A DNA stretch of 64,000 nucleotides, taken from NCBI GenBank assembly GCA_051294375.1, contig CM119264.1, positions 30,880,091 through 30,944,090 of the forward strand. Reading direction: 5' to 3'. Origin of the DNA: Paraspadella gotoi (lineage: Eukaryota; Animalia; Chaetognatha). Positions 12,901 to 23,618 of this stretch are shown here, piece after piece; position 1 is the stretch's first letter, and the number at the start of each line of letters is the position of its first letter. The position numbers were made by a program, and so were the translations under genes. The notes under the pieces were generated by a model. The model made no database searches and had not been told where the DNA came from. It was given only the letters and a program-made list of their open reading frames with translations.

Positions 12901-15900
12901 TTTTTTGATCATCAAAGGAAAAAAAAAATAGGGTCCATTGATGAGTCAATTTTCTGAGGGGAAAAGATCTTTGGTGGTTTACCAAACTGGGGTCTGGGTC
13001 TTTATGGCCGGAAATATACTCTTATATTTTATATCTATATAAACATTAGTATTATGGTACAGTATTATAAGAAACATAATGGTGTTTGGTACTCTACTTC
13101 AATTAAAATCAATGTTTCGATACCATTTACAATTGGGGAATGGAAATTTTAACACATTGGTGAACTCGCAATCTCGTTATCTGAATACAATTTTTTAATC
13201 TGCAGCATACAATCTACATTCTACGTATATTCTAGCAACATTTTCATATCGATATTTTTCATTGTATTTATATATTCAACGAATTCTACGGTTTACTTTT
13301 TAGATTCTACATTTTTCTATTAACCTTTCAAAATGTACATTCTAATTTTAAAATCTACATTCTACAATTAACATTCTACATTCTCGCATCCACCTTTTTC
13401 AGAGGAGGAAACTGAGTTGAGCAAAATTCTGAAGCGAAGAAGCGAAACCATAGATTCTTTTGCGAATTCTTTGGAAGGAGGGAGTTTGGAGGAAAAGACG
13501 TGGGAAGAGATGGCTGCTTTGCAGGTGGGAACAGATGGGAACAGATGGATGATTTGCGGATGGGAACTGATGGGTAGAGATGGTGGTAACAGATGCTCGT
13601 TTTGATGGTGGGAAGAGATAAAATAGATTAGGTCATGATGGTATTTTAAGATATATGTATGGAGTAAAATGGTAACATAAAATCTTGATAATGTACTGCA
13701 AGATATTTTGAGAAGGAAAGAGAATAAAAGAAAGAAAGGAGGAAAAAAGGAGGAAAGAAGAAAAAGAAAGGAGGAAAGAAAGAAAGAAAAAAGGAAAGAA
13801 ACAAGGAAAGAAGAAAAAGGAAGAAAGAAAGAAAAGAAAAGAGGAAAGAAGAAAAATAAAGAAAGGAGGAAAGAAAGAAATAGAAAGGAGGAAAGAAATT
13901 AGGAAAGGAGAAAAGATTGTAGGAAAGAAAAAAGAAAAGAAAGGAGGAAAGAAAGGAGGAAAGATTGTAGGAAAGGAGAGAGGAGGAATGAGTGATTGTC
14001 GAGATAAAAGGAAAGAAATTCGTGGGCGGAATATCAGATGGAAAAAGGAAAAAGAAAGGAAAAGAAAAAGTAAAAGAAAAGGGAAAAGAAAAAAGGAGGC
14101 GGATTATTTCTACATAATTCTACCAAAAAAAGTTCGATAGGATAGACCTTGGGTTGAATTCGCGATGCAATGCAATGTTTTAGAAAATTATACATCAACT
14201 TTATTCAAATTAATTTTAAACTAAAGCTGTACATCCATCTAATCAAATTTATTAACGCTCAACCCTCAACCAAAAAATTCCCGAACCGGCATCCAATCAA
14301 ATGTGATTGCAATTTCATGCTTGCAATCATGATTGCTCCGACTGCTTTCCAACCCTCGCAGGAATTGGAGAACAAAATCCAGGCGATGAGGGAAGAGACG
14401 AAAGCTGAAAGAAAACCCAGGGATTTCGCGAAGGTAAATATATTTAAATACTAATGATATTTATGAATATTATTAAGATAAACATTATTAAGTTGAATTT
14501 AATAGGTATCAAATGTTAGTAGCTGCGAGAAGGCTGTGTAATGAAAAATTGAAAGTATCTCTACTAATAAAAGTAATCATTTCTACATTAATGACAATAA
14601 TTTTTCTGACAATTTATTAGTTAATTTTGTCTAGTTTTATTTTTTTTGTAAAGCTCCATTCGACGATTGTATTCGGAATTCTCTTATTTATCTCCTGTTT
14701 TTCTTTTTCCTCTGAATTAACTTCAGATTTTCTTCTTCTCTGTTTTTTGGTTGATCAATCGCCCACCCCCCCCACCTACCCCCCCCCCACGCGCTACCAA
14801 AGGTTTCGAATCTTATTATTTTTTTTTCTTTTGTTTTCTCTGAATATATCTCTCTTATTTCTCTTTCTTTTTTTCTATTAAGTATTAGGTTTTTTTAATT
14901 TTTCCCCTTTTCGTCTGCGTCATTGGTTTTCATCTTGTTTCGTCTCTGTTTTTCCTCCGTTTTCTCTCTTCCTCCTCGTTTTATTTCTGTCTTCATGTCT
15001 CTAACTACAGTTTCATTCCTTCTTCATTTCTCATTTCGTCTCAATTTCATTTTAAAATTTATTTTCTCTCTATTTCTATTTTTCTTTTCCTGAGCCAAAT
15101 TTTGATTCCATTTCAAACTTTCATTTGTTTCCAATTTTCTTTTTTTCTTTTTTTTCCTTCATTTTTCTTTTTCAAAGACAAAAGACGTTTTTGGCTTCAA
15201 AGGCGCAACTTGACTCTCTACTTCCTCATAGATCCGCCCATGAGGATTAATCCTGACGTTGACTCGGTTTAGTGATGACATTGACTTTGCTTAGACTTGA
15301 CTTTAACTTAAAATATCTCTATTCTCCATGCTCCCTTAATGCTATCAATTACATAGGGCAGTAGTCCTTTTATACAATTGAAACATTCTTTAAAACATTA
15401 TATAACTTCATTGATAGGAAAGCCTTTTACTCTGTGAGTGAATAAGCTAGAAAGAGTGAAAGTCTTGCTGGGTCCTGTTATGACATTATCTTGTAAGAGG
15501 GAGCCATAGTCAAAGCCAGGGGCAAGATAGCTTATTTATTTAATGGATGGATAATTTAAATATTGGATGTAACAATTTCATAAAACTTCACGGGACTCGC
15601 ATCTGAGTTGACTCGTCCTTTTTCTCACTTTCATTGGTTTGAATCCAACTTTCTCTCATCTAAACCAATGTTCTATTTATTTAATTTCCATCGAAGTTCT
15701 CTCTTTTTTCCACTGACAAAAAAATACTAATAAAATAAAATAAAACAACAATATCGTATAATATTATATTTATATATATATATATATGTCAGTGACTTCT
15801 TTAAAATTCCCTTTAATTCTTTTAAACTTTTCTTTTTATTTTTCGTTTTGTCTTTTTGTTTTCAGAAAAACGAAACAAATTCGATTTTCCACCACAAGAG

Positions 15901-15978
15901 GTCGTCGCAAGAATCGGAGGCTGATTCCCTGACGTCGACGCCTTTAAAAAGCGTCTTGAAGAAGTCCTCTGCTTTTGA

Positions 15979-16015
<37 letters not shown>

Positions 16016-16107
16016 AAGAAAGTGTGGTGTTTAAGAGTAAGAGCGGGATAGGGAATAGAGGAAAAGGGGTGGGGTAGAGGCAGGGTGAGGAGTTAAAGAG
16101 AGGAAAT

Positions 16108-16167
<60 letters not shown>

Positions 16168-16990
16168 ACACGCAGTGAGAGAGAGAGAAAGCGGGAGAAT
16201 GAAGTCATAAGAAGTTTGATGAGTTAAACTTAAATTTAAAAAGGTGAGTTTTTTGTTTAAGTGAGTGAAGTGGGAGACAAGAAAAGTCGTGATCGTCGTC
16301 GTCTTCATCGTCGTCGTCTTCATCGTCGTCGTCTTCTTCTTCGGATTCCGCATATTTTATTCCTTTTTTTTTTCTTGACCTTCTTTCGTATTTTTTTTCT
16401 TTCGTATTTTTTTTCTTCTTTCAATTTCTATTCATTTTATTATCTTCCTCGTTTCTTCCAATCTTTTTTTCTTGATCACCTTCATATATTCACTTTTCTG
16501 TATAGCTAAACTCTTGATTTAATTAATTTAATTCCATTTCTTTAACTTTTTTTCCCCCTCGCTTAGACTCACCTTTCTCCGCCTCCGCAGCCGCCGCCTC
16601 CGCAGCCGGCTCCATCGACTCTGACCAAGAAACTACCTCTTCCTCCGCCTCGAGCGCCACCACCGCCTTGAGCGCCGCCAATCTTGGCGCCGCCAGTCCT
16701 CTCGGCGCCGGCAGCGGTGCCAAGAAGAAAAACCTCTCCGTCTTCTCCGCCAAAACCGTCGCCGGTTTCGACGTCATGGCGCCGCAATTCCGCGCCGCGG
16801 GGATCGACTCGGCGTCGCAGCGCGGCGTCGCTGACGAGGATGTCTCAGCACCGCAGTTTGGCGCCGCGGACGTCGACGTCAGGGCGCCGGAGAAGCGGAC
16901 GACGCCGAAAAAAGCGACGAGGACGAAAAGCGATGGAATATTTGTCGCCGCTAGGAGCGAAGCGGCGCTGGACGTCGGACCGTTCGGAGG
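1562..16990 (+). CDS. 5' exons of a long multi-exon gene, low-complexity N-terminal region of the supervillin-like gene (begins upstream of or at window start)
   Basis: GT-AG bounded exons, mostly phase-compatible: 1562-1611, 1857-2003, 2695-2870 (noisy), ~6538-6743 (its 5' part present only inverted at ~3945-4130), 7251-7311, 8825-9009, 9511-9952 (SAAPLP repeats), 11067-11197, 11889-gap, 12292-12367, 12448-12545, 13403-13524, 14362-14433, 15866-15980 (TPLKSVLKKSS), 16567-16990. The phase-2 donor at 16990 matches the phase-2 acceptor at 23619. The link to supervillin rests on this splice continuity, not on a recognisable domain. Confidence 0.65.
2233..2643. mobile_element. ~410 bp intronic element with ~38 bp imperfect terminal inverted repeats, internal hairpins and a tRNA-like head (MITE/SINE hybrid candidate)
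   Basis: Left GTAGACCCCGGCCTTTAAGCATGTCACCTTCAGTCGTGAC (2233-2272); right end reverse-complemented GTTCACCCCGACTATAAGCATGATACCTTCAGTCGTGAC (2605-2643). Internal hairpins include GGAACACACCATCCCAGGCGTAGTGTTCC, CAGTGACTGGAGGCGTCACTG, GATGCCCCGTCCCAATGGGCATC and GGCAACCCGGCTGTTGCC. A noisy inverted copy lies at ~5497-5980. Confidence 0.7.
3940..6511 (-). repeat. Fold-back inverted duplication of ~1800-3940 plus ~200 bp of downstream sequence; probable chimeric-read artefact
   Basis: 4140-6511 is the indel-rich reverse complement of ~1800-3940. 3945-4005 overlaps, inverted, the sequence that resumes at 6538 after the 25-N gap. Confidence 0.9.
7479..7757 (+). mobile_element. tRNA-derived SINE-like element (CAT anticodon-like loop)
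   Basis: A-box-like TGCCTCGTTGG, loop CTCATGA, B-box GGTTCAATCCC (7542-7552), core AGGACCGCCGTAAACC and a (TTAGCTCTAATC)3 tail. Homologous segments occur at 2555-2620(-), 32425-32545(-) and 34883-34975(+). Confidence 0.65.
8250..8531 (-). repeat. Short fold-back inversion ending at a 25-N gap; probable artefact
   Basis: The purine-rich arm is a noisy reverse complement of the CT-rich tracts at ~8160-8250 and 8557-8635. Confidence 0.75.
10234..11061. other. Assembly gap (other gaps: 9120-9347, 11943-12120; 25-N gaps at 6512-6536, 8532-8556, 52949-52973, 61087-61111)
   Basis: N runs. Confidence 1.
11272..11780. repeat. Interspersed repeat family, here as two diverged direct repeats (11272-11366 and 11686-11780)
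   Basis: Both share GCCTTAAACCA..AAGCCTGTCCAAAGTCAG..ATTTAT.AAATGAATGGAT..TACCAATTT. A third copy is at ~15503-15598 (CAAAGCCAGGGGCAAGATAGCTTATTTATT) and a weaker one at ~43260-43320(-). Confidence 0.7.
12522..12670 (+). repeat. 38-40 bp tandem repeat x4 containing the exon 3' end and 5' splice site
   Basis: Unit CAAGACTTGCCCTTTGCCGCAAG|GTGAGTCAATCT; GT donors at 12546, 12585, 12623 and 12663. Confidence 0.9.
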
Positions 16991-17345
16991 GTGAGAAAGA
17001 TTTGCTTGAGGGATGCTTGGGTTTGTGCTTGGTTTTTATTTTATAATTGCTTGCTTTAGATAAAGATAGACGGAAAATAAAATAAGAATTCAAGATTTAA
17101 GTATATTTTAATTTAAATTTAATACCTTTTTAACAAGCTATTAATCACTTCCCTTTTTAATACCTTTTTAACAAGCTATTAACAAATTCAAAGTGATTTT
17201 TATCTTCTGTTCTTTTTTCACGTAATTTCTACATTAATTTGGCCCAAAATTTTTCTCTCGATGTTTGAATAAAAAGAGAAAACTTTAACTTAATCCAAAC
17301 AAAATTTTTCTCTCGGGGACGAAAAACATGTACCGATTTTATTTG

Positions 17346-17394
<49 letters not shown>

Positions 17395-17476
17395 TCTTCT
17401 CTACTCTCTCTCATCGCCGCTTGAGGAATTCTCCAGCTCCTGTTGCTCACCCTTGCGCAAACAGCGGCAGAAAGTG

Positions 17477-17547
<71 letters not shown>

Positions 17548-18203
17548 ACCCAATGAGCGCCACCGGAGATGGCATTTTTCGACCAATCAGCTTGTAAAAG
17601 AAAAAGACGATGTTGGGATTTTTTGCGTCAAAAACCTCGAAAACTCGTGATCCTGGTTAGAGTAAACCAGATAAAAATTGGAATAACAATTTTTAAATAA
17701 AAAAAAAACACGGACATTTTAAGAAATTACGACCCAAAAATATTTAAACTATTTCGCTAGAAGAAGTAAAAACTGTTGTTTCTAGAGAAAACTGTTTTGG
17801 AAACACGAAACTGTTTTCTTTTTATCCTGGTTTTCGTCGGATGTCAAAGAAGAAAACATTTCTCGATCGATCGTGAAAGATTGAAGCTCTTCCGTCTTCT
17901 GAGTGATCATCTTCTTGTGGTCATCTGTGATTCTTTCACAGTTCCATTCAGATGTGTGGCCTTCGTTAACTGAGTTTCTTTAAAAAAGAAAAAGATATTT
18001 CCTTAAATCATAATTATTAATTATTAGAACATTTAACTATCGCCATAAAAAAATTTTAAAAGAATTCGTTTTTTATTAATTATTTTTGCCGAAGAAATGT
18101 TAATATAATATAATGTTATTATAATGTTAATATAATGTTAAAATAAAAAAAAAAAATTTATACCCAATTTCGTGTTCAAACAATCGAATCGACATATCAG
18201 CGA

Positions 18204-19031
18204 ATGGAAACGACGCCGACCTTCGCATCGGCGCCGTGTCACGTGACCGCGCCGGGTCACTTTAACAATCCCCGTCACGTGACCCCTCCGGACAATCCGA
18301 TCACGCCTTCCGTTCACGTGACCCCGTCCGATGACGAATCGGCGTCATTTTCGGTTCCGTTCGACGGCGGAACAAAGACGAACGACGCCGCTTTTCAAAC
18401 CGGCGTCGATTCTTTCTCCGGCGCCACAATAGAATCCGGCGCCGGTTTCGTTTCTTCTTTTCGATGGACGCCGCGTCTTGGACGAGGGACGACGACGACG
18501 ACGACGACGACGGACCGTAATCACAATCTATTTTATTCGCAAAATAATCCGGAATATTTGCAAAATAATAAGAAAAATTCGCAAAATCGTTCTGAAAATT
18601 TGCAATATTCGCAAAATAACACGAAGATCGCGAACGGAGAGTCGCCGCTACGCAGAAAGACTTCCGCCAAAACGATCTCGGTCAAGGCGATCTCGTTAAA
18701 GCCGATTTCGATAAATCCGATCTCGCAAGACGCGGAAAAATCGTTAAACGAGTTTGATTCGGAAGCGAATGATGGGAGCGATGTGATTGGTTGCAGGAGC
18801 GGACAGGAGCGAGACCGCGGTGTAGCGATGAGTGGGGCGGAGGTGGGAACTGTGAACAATGTGGGGGCGGAGTCGAGGGCGAACGAGGTACGAATCGAAT
18901 CGAATTGGATGACGATGACGACGACAAAGATCATGACGATGACGAGGACAAAGATGACGATGACGACGACAAAGACGACGACGACAAAGATGACGATGAC
19001 GACGACAAAAATGCATCAAGATAAAGAATAA
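18204..19031 (+). CDS. 275-aa low-complexity ORF in intron 16991-23618; possible alternative exon
   Basis: GC-rich, exon-like composition with HVTP and YSQNN repeats, AG at 18199-18200, and a 3' part made of (GAC/GAT)n repeat. No phase-compatible splice partner was established. Confidence 0.4.
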   Translation: METTPTFASAPCHVTAPGHFNNPRHVTPPDNPITPSVHVTPSDDESASFSVPFDGGTKTNDAAFQTGVDSFSGATIESGAGFVSSFRWTPRLGRGTTTTTTTTDRNHNLFYSQNNPEYLQNNKKNSQNRSENLQYSQNNTKIANGESPLRRKTSAKTISVKAISLKPISINPISQDAEKSLNEFDSEANDGSDVIGCRSGQERDRGVAMSGAEVGTVNNVGAESRANEVRIESNWMTMTTTKIMTMTRTKMTMTTTKTTTTKMTMTTTKMHQDKE

Positions 19032-19162
19032 AAGATAAAATCCATCAGAGCACAAAGTTGATTTACTATTGTTTTAGTTTGGTTTTTTTTTCTTTCTACT
19101 ATGATAAAGATTGAGTGAGACAGAGAGCGATAGCGCCGTAAATGAGATGAGAGAAAGAAAGA

Positions 19163-19194
<32 letters not shown>

Positions 19195-19640
19195 AAGAGA
19201 GATAGAGAGAGAAAGGAATATCGAGAAAGATATAAATAGTGATTAAAAAAAAAATATAAAAAGGAGACAGAGAAAGAGAGAGAGGTTAGGAAAAGATAAG
19301 AAAGAGAGAGAGGTTAGGAAAAGATAAGAAAGAGAGAGAGGTTAGGAAAAGATGAGAAAGATACGTGTATTAAGGTGACCATTAATAATATTAATAATAA
19401 TAATAATAATATTAATAATATTAATAAGAAGTGATAGAGGAGAGAAAGAGTAAAGTGGGTTGGAAAAAAGGGAGGGACTTTCCATCAAAGAAGAAATAAG
19501 GAAGGAGGCGAGGGGAGGGGAGAGGCTTTCCGTCCGCATATCAAATCAAAGAAGACATTAGGATGGAGGCGGGGGAAAAAAAGCAAAATTTACCGGGCGA
19601 AATGTAATACAATTATTTTAATAAACTACAAACCAAATAA

Positions 19641-19680
19641 GCAATGAAGAAGACTTTTACAAAAGTCGAAACATGTATGT
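19641..19680 (+). ncRNA. Degenerate minimal type-I hammerhead ribozyme-like motif (Penelope-type)
   Basis: GCA-ATGAAGA-A-GACTTT(TACA)AAAGTC-GAAACATGTA-TGT: 6-bp stem II, GAAAC-AT-GTA with palindromic ACATGT, 3-bp stem I, C3 replaced by A. AATAAA follows within ~15 nt. Confidence 0.5.
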
Positions 19681-19859
19681 ATACTAACAATAAAAGTCGT
19701 TGTTGCACAAAGAAATTCTTTTCTCTCTAAATAAATGTAATAGTGACATCGCAGGAAATAATAATAATAATAATAATTTTTTTTAAATTATAAGTAATAC
19801 TACTAAATATCTCTAAAATTGTATAATTAAAAATATTTTTCTACTACTATGTACGATTA

Positions 19860-21677
19860 TGTACGACTATAAAATCCAAGACGACGACGACAACAACGAC
19901 ATCATCTTACTCCCCCCCCCCTTAACCCTCCATTCTCCTTCGAGTAAAAATCCCGGTTAACGACAAATTTCCTTCTTAAGAATTCCGCGCGATTTTCTCG
20001 GATTTCCGAAGAAAACTGCGTCCGGCGTTTCCAAGGAAACGGAGCCGGCGGTTACCAAGGAAGAGACGTTGGGAGTTGCCAAGGAAACCATAGTGACGAC
20101 GACGGGCGTTGCCAAGGAAACGACGCCGCTGGTTACCTCGGAAACTGTAACGGGCGTTGCCAAGGAAACCTTGCTTGTATTCACGAAGGAAGCCTAGCTA
20201 GCGGTCACCAAGGAAACAGAGCCGGCGGTTACCAACGAAGAGACGGCGGGCGTTGCCAAGGTAACGACGCCGGGCGTTGCCAAAGAAACGACGCCGGTGG
20301 TCGCCGTGAATACGACGCCGGTCGGAGCTTGAAAAAAGACGCCGTCGTCTTCGCCGGTCATGAAAACCAGGGCGTCGATCCTTTTGAAAACGACGACGAT
20401 AAAAGAGAGAGAGACTTAGAGAAAAAGTGGAGCATCCAGGATGCTGCAAAGGAGGAACTAGTTGCGGCAAAGAAGGGGAAGGTGGCAGTAAAGGAGGGGA
20501 AAGTTGCTGCTAAAGAGAGGAGAGTTGCGGCAAAGGAGATAGGAGCTAGAAAAGGAACGGCAGTGACTTCGAGAGAGCGAACTGTTGTTGCAAAGGAATT
20601 TTTAGGTTCAAAAAATAAAGTTGCTGCAGAGGAGTCTCTCCGGGAAAAAGCGATAAACGTTGCCGCGGTTAGTGTTGCTTCTAAGGACTTTGCTCTGCGA
20701 AAACGAAAACCTGAAGATTCGAATTCGACTTTTCAAATATTAAGGACGACGAAAACACGATTCACCGAAGGACGAATCACGAAAATGGAATCACGTGATG
20801 AAGAAATTGTGAATTCACGCGGTGAGAGAAGGGCGTGGCTCGTAGAGAATGGAAGGATGGAACCGACCGTAGCGTCGGCCGCCAAACTCTTTGAAGCGAA
20901 GAAAGGGCCGACGATCGAAACCGACAAATCGTTCGTCGATCGACCGGAAAGGATCGTCGACGATGGTTCGTCTTCCGAGTTGATCTTCGCTTCAAAGGTC
21001 GAATCCAGAATCAGCGTTAATTCGTTGAGACTCAAGTTTGAAGGAAAATCGAGGAAGAGATCGAAGATCGGTGACGACTGCATCACTCGAGCCTTTGAAG
21101 ATCCAAGTCCATCGTCGTCGTTTAGCTGCGACAGTAGTGATGGAACGGAGTCGTCTGTCACAAAGTCTCTGAACGAGCGTCATAAAGTTATGCCGAGGGC
21201 CTTTGTAAATGAGCCTTATCTGCCAGAAAATTATCAATTGCACAACAATTTAGCGAAACTATTCTCAAAGCAAAATAATTCCTCAAAGACTTCTCTAATT
21301 TCTGACAGTCATTGGCTCAAATATTCTAACACCACTCTTGTTCATTCTCATCATGAATCGACCGCAACCATGAACTCAATTATCGATAACGAACGTGAGG
21401 TTTTGCCAAAATCGTCATTGAGCTCTAATCCATTAACGACAGTTGATCAATTTCAAACAACTTCACTCACCGCTTCTTGGATTCATGACCTCGAGCCTCC
21501 CTCCTCGAGCAGCCTTCGCTCCGATGGCCGAATTACTACGATCCCATCTTTAAAAGTGGGTGACGCCACAACAATTAGATTTCGTGCCGCTTCGATAACA
21601 GGAGTCGAATCGATGGCTTGGCGTCACCGGCGCCAGGATGAGAATTGGTCCAGCGAGCGGGGATTGAAGGATGAGAG
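19860..21677 (+). CDS. Large (~1.7-1.8 kb) alternative or first exon of the supervillin-like gene
   Basis: 450-aa ORF 20329-21681, preceded by GVAKET-type coding repeats (20020-20310) broken by apparent indel errors. It ends at GAG AG|GTGAGT (phase 2), compatible with acceptor 23619. The 5' boundary is uncertain. Confidence 0.55.
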
Positions 21678-22776
21678 GTGAGTTAGTCGGTCAGTCGGAA
21701 TGAAGCGGTGAAAATGTTAGATCGTTAAATTATTGCTGTCGTTGATTCTATCGCTCTCTCTCTCTCTCGCGACTTTCTAGTTTTTGATGTTTTTCGGAGA
21801 AGGCAAAAAAAAACTTTTTCCCATCTGACTTTGAGACTGAGTTTTTTTTTTTTCATTTATCTTTTGTTTTGATCCCGTGATTTTTAATGTTTTTTTTTCT
21901 CCAAAGAGAGAGAGAAATTGACAGATTGCCCTTTATGGAAGCAAAACTGAAAGGCTGCGTTTCGATTAGTCAAGATTGGAGCAATGAAAGATTAATATAC
22001 AATTAAGATTTTGAGCTATTTTAATCAAAAGTCGTGTAAAGCTTGAGTTCGAAGTGCGTGACTGTGACGGACGCACGGTGGCACATTAAGTAATGACAGA
22101 TGATGACAGATTAAACCTCAGTTTAAAATCAATAACCGTTTCAATATAATTTTAAAAAGTAAAATTACCGGCCCAAGATAAGTTAATATTTGCATTGTCT
22201 TTATTCACATCCCCTTACCGAGTTACATTCTTTTATATTTTAATTTCCCAAGTTAATTCTCTTTAAAACAAGGTTATTTTTTTAAATTGAGACGAAACTA
22301 TTCAGTTCACGATTGGACGTCATTATCTTTGATTCGAGTTGATTAGTTTTGGACGAAAAAAAAACGGAATTTTTTTTTGTTTGACAAGAACTGTCGACGA
22401 GAAACTGTCGACGAAAAACTGTTAACAGTGGAAGAGAACTGTGATCAGCGAATCGTTTTTTTTTTTGTTTTTTTTTTTGTCTCGACTTGAAATACTTTTT
22501 TTTGTATAAGATGATACAATTTTTTTTGGTAACAACAATAACAATAACAACAATTCCTCTTTACTTTATCATGTTGTTGTTTTCATCGTTAATGTTATTT
22601 CCAAGTAAATTTTTCGGTCATTCAACCCGAGATTCATTTTGTTTAAATTTGAGTATCAGAATTTTTTTTTATTATTTGGTTCATTTGATTCTTCAATCGA
22701 AAAAAAAATCAATATTTTGATGCGATTAATTTTTGTTGTCGTCAAATTTTTTTTAAAAAAGTTTTTATCCGCTTCT

Positions 22777-22822
<46 letters not shown>

Positions 22823-23618
22823 AGGCAAAGTTCGATCATCGGAAGACGCGAAAGATCAAGAGAGAATTTTTTGCAATTTCTCTCTCTCTCTTTCTCTTTC
22901 TCTCTCTCGCCCTATCTCCCACTAATGCTACCCATCTTTTTTCTTTCTCTATTTCTCTCTCCCTCTCTCTCTCTCATTTTTGGCGACGGTTTCGGCGCGG
23001 GTTCTCTCGCGGCTCAAACACCTCTCTCTCTCTCTCTCTCTCTCTCTCGTCAGGAGCCAATTTTTCGATCTCCTTTCAAACTTACCTTTTTCGTTGGTCT
23101 ATCGTCGATTTTACTTACCTTTTTCGTTTGTCCTTCCTTCGTCGATTTCACTTTTTAGCCAAAAAAAACGAATTTCATCGTGAAAAAAAAAGTTGAAACC
23201 AAAAAGTTTGGTTTAACATTTTTTTTACTTTACTACAACAATAATTAGTTTTCGTTTGGACGCACCGAATAAATTGCCAATTTTTTTATATTCGTTGTCA
23301 TCATCTGTTAAATCCCTATGTAATAAATACTTCAGGCTTCTGTCTCCGGTTGGTTTATCTTGCCAATATTTAAATATCTAACAGAAATTATTATTCATAT
23401 CGTATTAGCCAATTTGAATTTAATGCAAACTAAACATTATTTTCCTTAAACTGTTTAAAGGCGAAACAATTTTAGTATTTCTAGATGATCCGTTTTCAGT
23501 TTAAAATTTTGATTCTAACATCCTTTGCATTTACCAAGTTGTTTTCATTTAAGCATGTTTATTGAAATATTAAAGTGAATTCATATGTTTGTTTTTATTT
23601 ATGTTTACATTTTGACAG

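Noticed and set aside
18909-19010. FLAG-tag-like DDDDK/DHD peptide suggesting vector contamination
   Set aside because: No DYKD; it is a (GAC/GAT)n microsatellite-derived frame.
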